Shown piece after piece: positions 13,015 through 25,971 of a stretch of DNA of 64,000 nucleotides. This DNA comes from Octopus vulgaris (taxonomy: Eukaryota), in the NCBI GenBank assembly GCA_951406725.2, contig OX597814.1, positions 208,692,001-208,756,000 of the forward strand, in the 5' to 3' direction. Position 1 is the stretch's first letter, and every line of letters begins with the position of its first letter. The notes beneath the pieces were generated by a model. The model was not told the DNA's origin. It searched no databases and saw only the letters and a list, made by a program, of their open reading frames with translations. A program made the position numbers and the translations under genes.

Positions 13015-14133
13015 TATATATGTATATATATGAGAGAGAGAGAAACAGAGAAAGATGCAGAGACAAGGGGGATAAACAAAGGGAAAAAAGTTGGAGTTAC
13101 AAACCCACATATACAGGCCTTCATACATAAAATATTCAAACACGAGTTTATAATCCTGTTTAGTTTGCATCCTTCCTCTTCTAACAAGAGAATTTGGCAA
13201 TATTTGGTTTTGTATATGATAAAGTAAACAAAAACATATCTACATATATATATTCACACAGAGTACATACCATGCTGGCATGGAAAACAACGATAATATA
13301 TACACACACACATATATGAAAGACATTCTCTCCCTAGAAGCTTAAATAGTTTCTGACAAAGAGTCTCTTGTGTTAGAGTTAGCATAAGGGTTGAATGTCA
13401 TATTCAAAGTCATCTCCTGTGTGCATTTGTTGTTACATAGCTGCAATGTCAACTATTAGTCACATTTTTTTCCTTGAAGGAGTCCGTAACCACCAAACAT
13501 TCTATCAGCTATGAACAGATTTTCGAGAATGCACGAAAATGCCATGACATATAAGTCACTGAAATTGGAGAAAAACTAATAAACAGAACAAGACTCATTT
13601 CAACTCCCTTAAGACCTCGTAATCATGAAAGAGCATATTTAAAGAAAAATTTTAAATCTTTCATAATCTCCATATGATCTTATGAGCTGATAATTAGGAT
13701 TAAGTGAATGAAAGACAAATTTTCTCTTTGATACATTACAAATAAAGGTGGATTCCCTGTTGGCCTCGACTAGACACACACACACATACACTTGTAAGAC
13801 CAACTAAATTTCTACTCTTGAAATTAACACGTGTATGATATTCCACAGAGAAATGTAACCATAACATGATTCTCAAGCTGAATCAGCAGGACACAGTGTG
13901 ACACAGGACCAAGCCTTTGAATTTGTAGGTACAATCTAGAGAGAAAGAGAAACAGAAAGGAGCAATAGATTGGTACTTTATCAATCCCCACCAAAAGCTA
14001 ATTAGCAAAGTTGACTTTGGCAGAGAACCAAAGCCAATAGTCTAAAGATTCCCCCAATTCGCTGCTATTTTGCAAGTATATTCACAAGAATGTAAGGGAC
14101 ATAAAGTGAAGAGCTAAATGGAGCAAAGCTTAA

Positions 14134-14354
14134 CCCTTTAGCATTTAAACCGGCCATATCCGGCCAAAAGTATTCTGCCTGTTTTATGTTCAAACTGGCC
14201 AGATCTGGTCTCTCACACCAACCTACAATATCATTTTAAAAATTAACAGCTACCTCATCAAAATCTCAAAGCTACAACATAATGCCTGATTAGTTCAAAA
14301 TAATGGGGATTAAAAAAGGATCAATTTTGGCAGAATAATGTGAACACTAAAGGG
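14134..14354. mobile_element. piggyBac-type MITE family 1
   Basis: TTAA|CCCTTTAG...CTAAAGGG|TTAA. Confidence 0.9.
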
Positions 14355-14451
14355 TTAAATTATATGGACAGCCCAAATAGAATGTGAAATACTCACAGTG
14401 AACTTTGATTATTCTATTTTTACTTTTAGGCAATGTCTGTATTTTTTTCTT

Positions 14452-15490
14452 TTATTCTTTTACTTCTTTCAGTCATTTGACTATGGCCATGATAGAGCAC
14501 CACCTTAAGAGATTTTAGTCAAACAAATCAACCCCAGGACTTATTCTTTGTAATTATTTACATTATTTACATTTGATGGATATTTGTCCTCATCTTGTTT
14601 GTTGTGAATGTTTCGGCTGATATACCCTCCAGGTGTCTTGGGGGAAGTTTCGAACTTGGGTTCTCATTCCTATGTCGTGGAGGTTACAAGCGCAGGCTAC
14701 TAGCCCCAAAATTCTGAGTTCGATTCTAGGTAGTGACCTGAATAATAATATTAATAAAAATAATAATATTGAAAAATACCTTAGGAAAAAAACCCAGGTT
14801 CGAAATTTCCCCAAGTCACCTGTCGAAACATTGTGCTAACAACAAACAAGATGAGGACAAATATCCATCAAATGTAAATAATGTGTATTATCCTTTGTAA
14901 GCCTGGTATTTATTCTATCAGTCTCTCTTGCTGAACCTCTAAGTAAGGGGACATAAACATACCAACATCATTTGTCAAGCGATGGCAGGACAAGCACAGA
15001 CATACACACACACACACCGGTGGCACGTAAAAAGCACCATCTAAACGTGGTCAATGCCAGTACCTCCCACCCCCAACTGGCTCTTATGCTGGTGGCACAT
15101 AAAAAGCCCCATCCAAAAGTGATCTATGCCAGTCTGCCTGACTGGCCCTCATGCCAGTGGCACCTAAAAATCACCCACTACACTCTCGGAGTGGTTGGCG
15201 CTAAGAAGGGCATCCAGCTGTAGAAACCTTGCCAGATCAGATTGGAGCCTGATGCAGCCTACTGACTTACCAGTCCCCAGTCAAACTGTCCAACCCATGC
15301 CAGCATGGAAAAACAGGCATTAAACGATGATGATGATGATGGGCTTCTTTTGGTTTCTATCAACCAAATCCACTCACAAGGCTTTGGTCAGCCTGAGGTT
15401 ATAGTAGAAGGCACCTACCCAAGGTACTGTGCAATGGGACTGAATCCAGAACCATGTGGTTGAGAAGCAAGCTTCCTCTCACACAACCAG
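14452..15490 (-). mobile_element. SINE family A interrupted by two insertions
   Basis: Tail near 14452, head near 15490; split by a hairpin element (14554-14887) and an RTE 3' end (~15017-15340). Confidence 0.8.
14554..14887. mobile_element. Inverted-repeat element of the tRNA-head/hammerhead family, ribozyme cores deleted
   Basis: Arms homologous to 60193-60724; TSD TTAT(T/C)CTTTGTAA at 14541 and 14888. Confidence 0.8.
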
Positions 15491-15552
15491 ATACAATGAC
15501 CATTAATCTGGTTACTAGATCTCCACAACACCTCTCATGATTTACTGCTTAA

Positions 15553-15774
15553 CCCTTTAGTGTTCAGAATCCTCTGTTAAATGTAATAATTTTTCACTCA
15601 AATTGTTTTGAATTAATCATGCATTATCTTACAGCTTTGAGGTTTCAATGATGTGATTACTTATTTTTAGAATGGCATTGTAGGTTAGGTGTGAGAGGCT
15701 AGATATGGCCAGTTTGAATATAAAACACGTAGAATATATTGGGCCGGATTTGGCCAGTTTAAACACTTAAAGGG
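15553..15774. mobile_element. piggyBac-type MITE family 1
   Basis: TTAA|CCCTTT...AAAGGG|TTAA. Confidence 0.88.
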
Positions 15775-16021
15775 TTAAACTTGTAAACAAATTTCATTTA
15801 TTGTGAATTGATGAGCGAGCTTTTATGCAGCTACTTGACCTAATAGAAATACAATGCCATGAAATCAGTACACAAAACTTTTGACTCCAAATTTGTAATT
15901 AAATTAATCAAATATTTCTCATATTGATTAAAATCATACAACATACAAGCACAAAAGGAATCAACAGACTACTTTTTATCATACTAACTTGTCAAAGTTT
16001 TAGTTTAAAGGCTATAGCTAC

Positions 16022-16417
16022 TCCTTTACTCTCTTACTTGTTTCAGTCATTTGACTGTGGCCATACTGGAGCACCACCTTTAGTCAAGCAAATTGACTTC
16101 AGGACTTATTCTTTGGAAGCCTAGTACTTATTCTATCGGTCTCTTTTGCCGAACTGCTAAGTTACGGGGACATAAACACACCAGCATCGGTTGTCAAGCG
16201 ATGTTGAGGAGACAAACACAGACACACACACATATATATATATATACATATATACGACGGGCTTCTTTCAGTTTCCGTCTACCAAATCCACTCACAAGGC
16301 TTTGATCGGCCCGAGGCTATAGTAGAAGACACTTGCCCAAGATGCCACGCAGTAGGACTGAACCCGGAACCATGTGGTTGGTAAGCAAGCTACTTACCAC
16401 ACAGCCACTCCTACACC
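16022..16417 (-). mobile_element. SINE family A
   Basis: Full-length reverse copy. Confidence 0.9.
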
Positions 16418-16895
16418 TAACTTTGTAGATTTTTTAATCTTTAAGAAGTTATAAACAAATAAGCATAAGACAAAATTGTTTTTCTTTTTAAGAGTCTGCT
16501 TTTATCAAAGTGTATCCTCAAGTAAAAGAATATACAAAATGTAAACTATAAAAATACTATAAAAGGAAATCATGCATATTTTTGTTTACCAGCTGAGAAA
16601 TCTAAAGTACATAAAAGTTAAAGTTGAAAGACTGAACACCTAAAGCAACTTAAATTCTTTTAAAATTTAAAGTATTGTTTGAATATAATATTTAACTGGA
16701 TGTAACATGAAAAATTATATTCAATGAAAATAATATAGGATTGAAAAATTGCATTCTTACAAAATTGAGAACAGAAACATTGTACTAAAGAATGCAAAAT
16801 AGGTAAATTAAAATTTCAAGTCTCAAATTTTCTAACACCTATATGTTAAGAAGCCTATATGCTTTTACCAGGTCCTTTTTAACACAAGCCCTTAA

Positions 16896-17115
16896 CCCTT
16901 TAGTATTCAGATTACTCTTTTAAATGCAATAAATTTTTAATCAAATTGTTTTTAATTAATCATGCACTATCTTATAGCTTTGGGGTTTCAATGATGTGAT
17001 TGCTTATTTTTAGAATGTCAATGTAGGTTAGGTGTGAGAGGTTAGATATCGCCAGTTTGAATATAAAACATATAGAATATTTGGGCCGGATATGGCCGGT
17101 TTAAACACTAAAGGG
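16896..17115. mobile_element. piggyBac-type MITE family 1
   Basis: TTAA|CCCTTTAG...CTAAAGGG|TTAA. Confidence 0.88.
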
Positions 17116-17358
17116 TTAAACTTGATTTGACTGTTTTGGATGGATAAAAACCCGCTGGATGTTAAATGATAATGATGATGGAAATGATTGACTTCTGTAA
17201 GCCAATAATTACTTCCAACTAACTCTACAACTGTAATTGTACCACCCCATGGAAATATACCATCAAAAAAAAAAAAAAAAGTGTAATGTCCATCAAATCA
17301 TACCATCAAACTTTAAAAAACAAAGATGTAAGAACACATGGACAATATAGTCACAGGT

Positions 17359-17965
17359 CATCATCATCGTCATTTAACGTCTGTTTTCCATGCTGGCATA
17401 GGTTGGACGGTTTGACTGAGGGCTGGCAAGCCAGAAGAATGCACCAGGCTCCAATCAGATCTGGAAAAGTTTCTACAGCTGGATACCTTTCCTAATGCCA
17501 ACCACTCCAAGAGTGTAGTGGATGCTTTTACATGCCACCAGCATGAGGCCAGTCAAGCAGTACAGGCATCAACCATGCTTGAATGGTGCTTTTTGCGTGC
17601 CACTAGCACAGGAGCCAGTCACGTGGCACAAGCAATGACCACACACGAATGGTGCTTTTTATGTGCCACCAGCACGAGGGCCAGTCAAGCAGTACTGGCA
17701 TCAACTATGCTTGAATGGTGCTTTTTATGTGCCACCAGCACAGGAGCCATTGAGGGAGCACTGGCAATGCTCATGCTCAAATGGTGCTTTTTACAAGCCA
17801 CCAGCATGGGACCAGTCAGCTGGTACTGGCATCAAGCACACTTGGATGGTGCTTTTTATGTGCCACCAGCACAGGAGCCATTGAGGGAGCACTGGCAATG
17901 ATCATGCTCAAATGGTGCTTTTTACAAGCCACCAGCATGGAACTAGTCAGGCAGCGCTGGCATAG
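17359..17965 (-). mobile_element. RTE 3' end with expanded ~66-nt tandem array
   Basis: (GAT)n tail plus seven units beginning TGGTGCTTTTT, 17519-17963. Confidence 0.85.
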
Positions 17966-18530
17966 ACAAATGTAACGGTCATGCCTGGAATGTTTCTATT
18001 CACAGGCCTGTCTGAGCAGTGTTCACTTGGGACTAAATGATTTTAACTATGTGCAATAGCTACAATGACCTGTGCAAAAAATTCCCAACCTAGTTGATAT
18101 GCGTTCAGTGTGTAGCTATCAGAGAGAAATAAAAGCAGAGACTTACAAACATCATTAAAATACATTATCAAACTTGCATTAAAAAATAAAAGCAAAAATA
18201 AACAGAGTCCCATAGAGTTCTTATTTCCTTTCCTTTATATGCATAACCTTTGACATTTTTATGTATCAGTTTCAAATCATTGGTGTTTCTATGTATTTTA
18301 CAGTTACTACATCGAGTAATCATGACTCCACTGCAATGTAGGAATAATGGGTGAACAGCTTTCAGCTATGCTAATGGAGACCTATGTAATAATAATAATA
18401 ATAATAATAATAATGTGTCTTAACAAAAGTGGGTGTGTTGATGAAAATAAAGCCATTGAAAATTACAAAGTGCAAACAGTCACTTTCGCTTTAGTCACAG
18501 GTCAACCCTGACTGACAAAGCCTATGTTAA

Positions 18531-18742
18531 CCCTTTCGTTACCAACCCGGCTGAAACCGGCTCTGGCTCTTTAGTACAAATGTCTGGTTTTCAAAAGTTC
18601 TGAATTAAAACCTTATTAGTCACAATTTATGTCCCTAACTCTAGCTTAATGATAACGATGTTATTTTACTTAATTCTTTGTTATATTTAACATAATTGGA
18701 AGAAACACTGAGCATCTCAAAATAAATTCAGTAATGAAAGGG
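18531..18742. mobile_element. piggyBac-type MITE family 2
   Basis: TTAA|CCCTTTCGTTAC...GTAATGAAAGGG|TTAA. Confidence 0.9.
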
Positions 18743-19023
18743 TTAAAGGAGTTCTAACCATGACTATCACATCTGTTTTCCAAGATGGTGTGCGATACAG
18801 TTGTAGGTATACTGCATTATCAATATGTTATAAGGTAAAATAGGACTTGAACATTTGGTTGCTATTTCTAGCAAGATGAACAACTGCATAGATGCTCCAC
18901 TGTTGGTTTGTAGAGTATGAAGTCAAAAAGGTAGGTAACTGGTTACTACAAGTTGGTGCATTGCATTTCTGGTGCAGACAACTGTCAATGCCCAACACTA
19001 TTTACCTGTATAAAGTTACTGTA

Positions 19024-19415
19024 GGCGCTGTGTGGTAAGTAGCTTGCTAACCAACCACATGGTTCCGGGTTCAGTCCCACTGCGTGGCATCTTGGGAAAG
19101 TGTCTTCTGCTATAGCCCCGGGCCGACCAATGCCTTGTGAGTGGATTTGGTAGATGGAAACTGAAAGAAGCCTGTCGTATATATATATATGTATGTGTAT
19201 GTATGTTTGTGTTTGTCCCCCTAGCATTGCTTGACAACCGATGCTGGTGTGTTTACGTCCCCGTCACTTAGCAGTTCAGCAAAAGAGACCGATAGAATAA
19301 GTACTGGGCTTACAAAAAATAAGTCCCGGGGTCGATTTGCTTGACTAAAGGCGATGCTCCAGCATGGCCGCAGTCAAATGACTGAAACAAGTAAAAGAGG
19401 AAAGAGAGAAAGAGT
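19024..19415 (+). mobile_element. SINE family A
   Basis: Near full-length young copy. Confidence 0.9.
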
Positions 19416-21149
19416 AGGAAATTACTGTTCAAACACTGGCCTACAGAGAGCAATGTATAACCAACAAGAATTTCATTTGCTTGTAATTCTCAATCAGCAA
19501 GTTCCAAAGCGAGACCAACAAGAAGAAATGGCATGCAATGACATTTTAGCTATAATGGCACCAGCTGAAATGACTTTGACCGAAAAAAAAACCAACATTA
19601 TTATATAATGTTTTAGCAATGCGAGAAGCCTACCTCTTGTTCTTGAATCATTAAACAAAGACGAAGTCTTCAAGTGGTAAATGAAACATGAGAATCCAAA
19701 GAAATTAATGATGTTTTGTATTGGCAAATAGTCAAATATGAAAAAAAAAAAAAAAAAAAAAAAGTTTGCAAAGTGAAATAAATTAACCATGAAGAGGAGG
19801 AGAAGTAAAATGTTTTAGGTAAAACCACTTCATCAGAGAGGGAGAGAAGGGGGAGGGGGAGGGGGGGATGTTTACTGGTAATTCTGGATAAACTGATAAC
19901 AACAACTCAATAGATTTCAGGATAATAAAATATGGTGAAGTGGTCCCCCGCTCCTTTAATTATCTTTATATTTTACCACTCAGATGTTGTTATTCATAGA
20001 AATTTTGATAGATGGGCTTATGTGGCTTGCTTTAAGTTGAAATGAGAATACATAATCTAATGCTCAGTCTCCCAGTATTTTGTAACAATTCAATCATACA
20101 AATTCCGCAGGTACAATTCAAGTTAATTACAGTGATAACTTTGAAGTAAACTGTGAGGTTTCTTAGCTGACTTGTTATGATTTGCTATACAGTTAGCCAT
20201 TAGAGACATATTCTAATTCATACACAGCAGTTATAGAGTATCATGATATATGATATCACTATCTGCTGTTGAGGAAAAAAAGAATTATTATTATATTAAA
20301 TACAAAAAGGAGAGTACTTTCAGCAGTAATTTTGTTATTTTTGTCCTTAATAACACTGGTTAGTAGAGTCAACAGTATATTGGGTGAAATGTCTTTATGT
20401 TGGAGCTCAAATTCCATGTAGTGGCTACAATGATATTGTGAAAGGAGACTTAGAGAGAAGGAAAGAGAAAGGATAAACCGGATTTAAAAAGAGGATGAGA
20501 GACAGACAGACAGACATGTAGAGAGAAAGAGCAGTTTAGAAAAGAAAAAAAAAAGAGAGAGACAAACAGGAACAGATAGATAAATATCTATGCTTCATAG
20601 CTAAAGTAATGACAGAAACAGCAAGTAAAAAGGACCGTGAATAAGGCATAGGAACAAAAACAGCGAAAGCCCACACATAGATATCATACATAATAGAAAC
20701 ACAGGAAGGAGGGGTGGGGCGGAATGGGGGCAGCTATTAACATTACAATGGACCACTGTTCTAAAAATGTAAGATTTACAGAAAAGACAAAAATGTTATT
20801 TTTAAACAAACGTTTTTATTTTTTGAATTTAACAGTTTAAATTAAAAGGAATGGCAGTTATTGGCAACATTCATTGTGATGCATGCATGCCCACTTCTCA
20901 CCAACAATAAGTAAGTGTTCTTGTAGATAATGGATTGACTTAGGCTTGTTTAGGGGGCTCCACACAAGCAAAATAGAAAATTGGGTCCACAGTAGTATTT
21001 TACGGGGCCATGAAAATATTTTGCCTTATATGTTTATCGTAAGGAACAAGCTAGGTTTCTTTCTCTGATGTTTTGCATAGTTCAACCTACACAAGTTAAT
21101 GTGGGGAAAACAAAATCAGAATTTGAAAGACCTATCTATAAAAATCAAA

Positions 21150-21720
21150 TGGCATGGCTATGTGGGAAGAAGCTTGCTTCCTAACCACATGGTTCCGGGT
21201 TCAGTACCACTGCGTGACACCTTGGGCAAGTGTTATCTACTAGAGCCTCAGGCCAACCAAACCCTTGAGAGTGGATTTAGTAAATGGAAACTGAAAGAAG
21301 CCTGTTGTATATATGTGTGTGTGTGTGTGTGTATCTTTGACCCCCCACCACCACTTGAAAACTAGTGTTGGTGTGTTTACATCCCTGTAACTTGGCAGTT
21401 CAGCAAAAGAGACTAAAAGAATAACAAAATTAAGTTATCATCATCATCATTTAACAACGGTTTTCCATGCTGGCTTGGAATGGACGGTTTGACAGAACTG
21501 GTAAGCCAGGAAGCTGCATCAGGTTCTAGTCCAATTTGGCATGGTTTCTATAGCTGGATGTCCTTCCTTATGTCAACCACTCCAAGAGTGTAGTGGGTGC
21601 TTTTTTACATGCCCACTACACTCTTGGAGCGGTTGGCATTTTCATTCAACTAAAATTCTTTTAGGCAGTAACCCCAGTATGGCTGCAGTCTAATGACTGA
21701 AACAAGCAAAAGATAAAAGA
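21150..21720 (+). mobile_element. SINE family A interrupted by RTE 3' end (~21437-21640)
   Basis: Head and tail separated by a reverse-oriented (CAT)n-starting insert. Confidence 0.78.
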
Positions 21721-22189
21721 ATAGATATATCACTCAGCTCCATTATATATAAGATAATGATGTGAAATCTCACTATACTCAAGTGGGTGAAATGACGCAG
21801 CAATTTCTGTAGTGATCTGCAGTACTAATACGATAAGTAGCAATCTCCACAAAGATCAGTCATTAGTCAAGCAGGCCATACATAATAGAGAATTATAAAG
21901 ACACACACAACTATCCATCCGCACAAACATTTTCTTTTCGTCTTCCAATATCTATATTGGTGAAATTATTAGTTCTGTGTCTACAAAGCCTGGCATCAGG
22001 TGGACTGTTGTAAACTTGCAGCCAATTCAGCTCAAGTAAAAGCAAACACTCCAGTGCATTCTTCCTCTTAACAAAGCTACTAATTAACAATTAACTTCCA
22101 TCACATATCTTGTTAAACAACTATTGTTTCAATATGGTTTTTGGTTGTGTACCACTTGAACTCAATACCTGGAATTTAAAGTAGTCAAT

Positions 22190-22606
22190 GATTACACTGA
22201 TACCCGCTGTTCTTGAGGAGACCTTGTTGAGTCGAGAACGTCAACGTCGAAATAAAGATTCAAATGGAAATTGTAATTAAAGACACCCGTGCCGGCGACA
22301 CGTAAAAAGCACCGTCCGAACGTGGCAGATACTAGCGCCGCCTGACTGGCGTCCGTGTCGGTGACACGTAAAAGCACCAACCAATCGTGGCCGTTTGCTA
22401 GCCTGCTCTGGCCCCTATGCCGGTGGCACGTAAAAAAACACCCACTACACTCACAGAGTGGTTGGCGTTAGGAAGGGCATCCAGCTGTAGAAACACTGCC
22501 AAATCAAACTGGAGCCTGGTGCAGCCTTCATGGCTTACCAGACACCAGTCGAACCGTTCAACCCATGCTAGCATGGAAAACGGACGTTAAATGATGATGA
22601 TGATGA
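22190..22606 (+). mobile_element. RTE LINE 3' end
   Basis: CACGTAAAA(A)GCACC units, conserved block and (GAT)n tail. Confidence 0.83.
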
Positions 22607-23574
22607 TAATACACAACTGCAGAATTTTTCTACAAAGTAGTTGTTATACCAAAATGGGAATTATTCCATTGCTCTCCTGCTAAAATCACAGAAAGAGCAA
22701 AGAGAAAATAAAAAGTAACCATGAGGGCATTCTTAAAGAAACGATGGATTTACTGCTTACACCTTTCATATTCAATATCGCTAAAAATGAGAGTTAAAAT
22801 AACTCAAAAGCCTCAAAAGCACTGAACAAAGGGAGGTAAGTACCCACATACATAGTCGGATCGCAATTTTGGATTTTGATGTAGACCATATTAATCTTCA
22901 TCAGCGACTCTTAATGCCTAGGGTTAAACTTAACTACCTCTGTCAATCTTATAACAAAAACTATTGAAAACATGTGCTGATTTTCAAAACGGTAAAATTG
23001 TAAACAACAAATTAAAAAGATACATTCGGCCATGATCGGTTGGCACATAAAAAGCACCCACTACACTCACGGAGTGGTTGGTGTTAGGAAGAGCATCAAG
23101 CTGTAGAAACACTGCCAGATCAGACTGGAGCCTGGTGCAGCTTCCTGGCTTCCCAGACCCCGGTCGAACCGTCCAACCCATGCTAGCATGGAAAACGGAC
23201 GTTAAACAATGATGATGATATATATATATATATATTTGTGCGTGTGTATGTGTGTCTTCCCGTCATCGCTTGACAACCAGTGCTGGTGTATTTATGTCCC
23301 TGTAACTTAGCAGTTTGGCAAAGGGGGCTTATAGAATAAGTACTAAGCTTACACAGAACAAGTCCCGGGGGTCAATTTCCTCAACTAAAACCCTTTAAGG
23401 CGGTGCTCCAGCATGGCCACAATCAAATAACTGAAACAAGAATAAAAGAATATCCCCTTTTCTATGCCTGCATGGGTCAGATAGAATTTGTTGAGCTAGA
23501 CTTTCTATGTCCAGATGTCCAACCTGTCACCAACTTTCACCCATTTCCAAGCAAGTTAATATTTTTCCATGGCC

Positions 23575-24023
23575 CTGGCTACCCGCATGGTTCATGGTCT
23601 CAAGAATTTGTCTTATGAAGAAAGGCTGAAGACGCTCGACCTTTATTCTCTAGAAAAACGACGACGCCGTGGTGATCTCATTCTCGCTCACAACATCATA
23701 AGCGGAAAGTGTAACCTCTCAAAAGAGCTGTTCTTCACTCCTGCTCCAGAGCGTCGGCTGCGGGGTCATTCCAAAAAGCTCTACCTGCGACGATTTCATC
23801 TCAATCGAAGGAGAGGAGCTTTCTCCGTCTGGGTTGCGGATCCGTGGAACAAGCTGCCAGACGAGATGGTGAAGATGCCGACGACCGCTTTGTTCAAAGT
23901 CTCCCTTGACCTCAAGTGGCCTGAACTCTTTACATGAACACCACCCTGTACTTAACTCCATGTCCCCCTACATGGCCTTGCTTTTTGCTTTTGAGCCAAA
24001 AAAAAAAAATTAACTAACTAACT
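23575..24023 (+). mobile_element. CR1-type LINE 3' fragment (ORF2 C-terminus and 3' UTR)
   Basis: ATRMVHGLKNLSYEERLKTLDLYSLEKRRRRGDLI...RGHSKKL...WNKLP is the typical CR1-group ORF2 C-terminus; (TAAC)n tail; lies inside an older SINE. Confidence 0.9.
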
Positions 24024-25660
24024 TACAGAAGATTTGCAACAAACAACTTCACTTGTATAGCGATGATGCTCATTTACTACCATCACATGCTGTCTAGGCA
24101 AGAGTATGCACAAAGACATACATATACATACATGACAGACTTCTTTTAGTTTCTGTCTACTAAACTCACTCACAAAACTTTGGTTGGCCCTGGGCTTATA
24201 ATAGAAAACATTTGCCCAAGGTGCCACATGATTGGGAAGAAAACTTCTTAATCACACAGCCACCCTTGCACCTATTGTTAGATATTGTAAGCTATTTCCC
24301 AATAGTCATTGGAAAATGATAGTGTCTCAAGAAATCCATCAGGATTTAAAAGCCGTGGCGAAGCTTTTTGATTAAATGCTTATTCCAGGATAGCTAGGTG
24401 GATAGAAGAAATGTAAAGTGATCTGCTCAGAAACAATGACGTGACTGCAAAACTCAAGAATGTAAGGAAATATCCCAACACTTCATTCAAACAACCATCT
24501 GTCTATGTTAAAATCTTATAAGAGGAAAGATGAACTTAACACTGAGGCATTGCTCTACAAATAAGCCAAATGTGTTAGACTCAATAAAATTATTAAGTTG
24601 AGAATCAACTCAGGTAGAGTTGATCAAGGGTTAACTCACAAGCCAGATATAAAAATTGTTTTCGTTCCAGCACACGATCTCAGATCAAATCACTTGCTAT
24701 GCAAGTACATCTCCGTAACTATTTAACCAACAGTCCTGATAATTAATCTTAACCAGTAAGAGTATTGTGTTATGCCTCTGGACAACGTACATAATTCTGC
24801 TAACTCTGGCTTACTTATAGGTTCTGCTCCTTCTCCATGGTTGAATGGTCAGTGATAGGAAACAAAAATCAATTTTCCCCTCACATAAGCACACACATGC
24901 ACAAAAACCTGACTCATAACAGTATGGAGAAAATGGGTGTAAAACACTTAAACACACTATAGAAATTTGGGTTAATAACAGTTAAACATACATATAAAAA
25001 ACTAAGACAACAAAGAAGCTTCTATGTTGTCAGTTAGTCTGCTAAAATTAGCACTCAAATCAGACATCCTAGTGTATCAAAAATAAGACAATGGCTAATG
25101 CAGTCCTATATCTGAGAAAGAAAAGGAAAAGAAAGAGACACTTATGGTTGGAATAACTTTGCTCATAGGTTTGCTTTATCAGAACTGATGTAGTAGTGAC
25201 AACTAATTGTCACTACTAAAGTCACCAATGTAACATATGAAGACCTCTATGTAACAAGAGCCCTATGTTACATAGAGGCCTTCATATGTAACACAGTGAT
25301 AAAGTGAAGTGAAAAACAGATTAACTAAGACTCTCCATGCAATTAAAAAACAAACAGGTTCCTCTAAAGGTGTTTAACTCTAGCATTCAGATTACTGTCA
25401 AATGTTTTGAATTAATTATGCAATATCTCTCCACCCTGAAGACGGAGGCTGAGTTTATGGTAATGTTTATATGCATCCACTACAGGTTGCATATTCTTGA
25501 CTTTTTGCACACTCCATCCACCAATATTATAACTATTGTGTAATCTCAAGTCTTCAGAAACAGCTGTCAGTCCTGAAGAATTCATGCCTTCTTCCCTTAG
25601 TTTTCTGTATTTTTCGGATTCCATGTAAATCTGTTCAGTAAATATATAAATATCTAATTG

Positions 25661-25971
25661 TTCTGTTGTGTCTGGGGAGAGTCATTTTCTTTTTGTGCCT
25701 TATAATTTAACACACTCACCGGTAAAATTTCCAGTTATTTTTATTTTCCTAAAATTTTCGTTGCATCTTGCAACCTTTTCAATAGTAATACTATTGAAAA
25801 GGTTGCAAGACGCAACGAAAATTTTAGGGAAATAAGAAATAACTGGAAATTTTACCGGTGAGTGTGTTAAATTATAAGGCACAAAAAGAAAATGACTCTC
25901 CCCAGACACAACAGAATATGCTTCAACACACAAACTCATATAAAGAATCTTGCAAACCAAATTCAAAAACA
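25661..25971. mobile_element. Fold-back element with hammerhead-like motif (Penelope-like remnant)
   Basis: ~127-bp arms at 25661-25787 and 25789-25916; 15-bp direct repeat AAATATCTAATTGTT at 25648 and 25972. Confidence 0.75.

Noticed and set aside
17519-17963. CRISPR-like repeat/spacer pattern
   Set aside because: The spacers are homologous to each other, there are no cas genes, the context is eukaryotic, and the array is part of the RTE 3' UTR.
19494-19790. 98-aa ORF near a G|GTAGGC donor
   Set aside because: Driven by poly-T and low complexity; no recognisable homology.
19838-19868. G-rich run as G-quadruplex or promoter
   Set aside because: Simple purine tract with no CpG-rich context or adjacent first exon.
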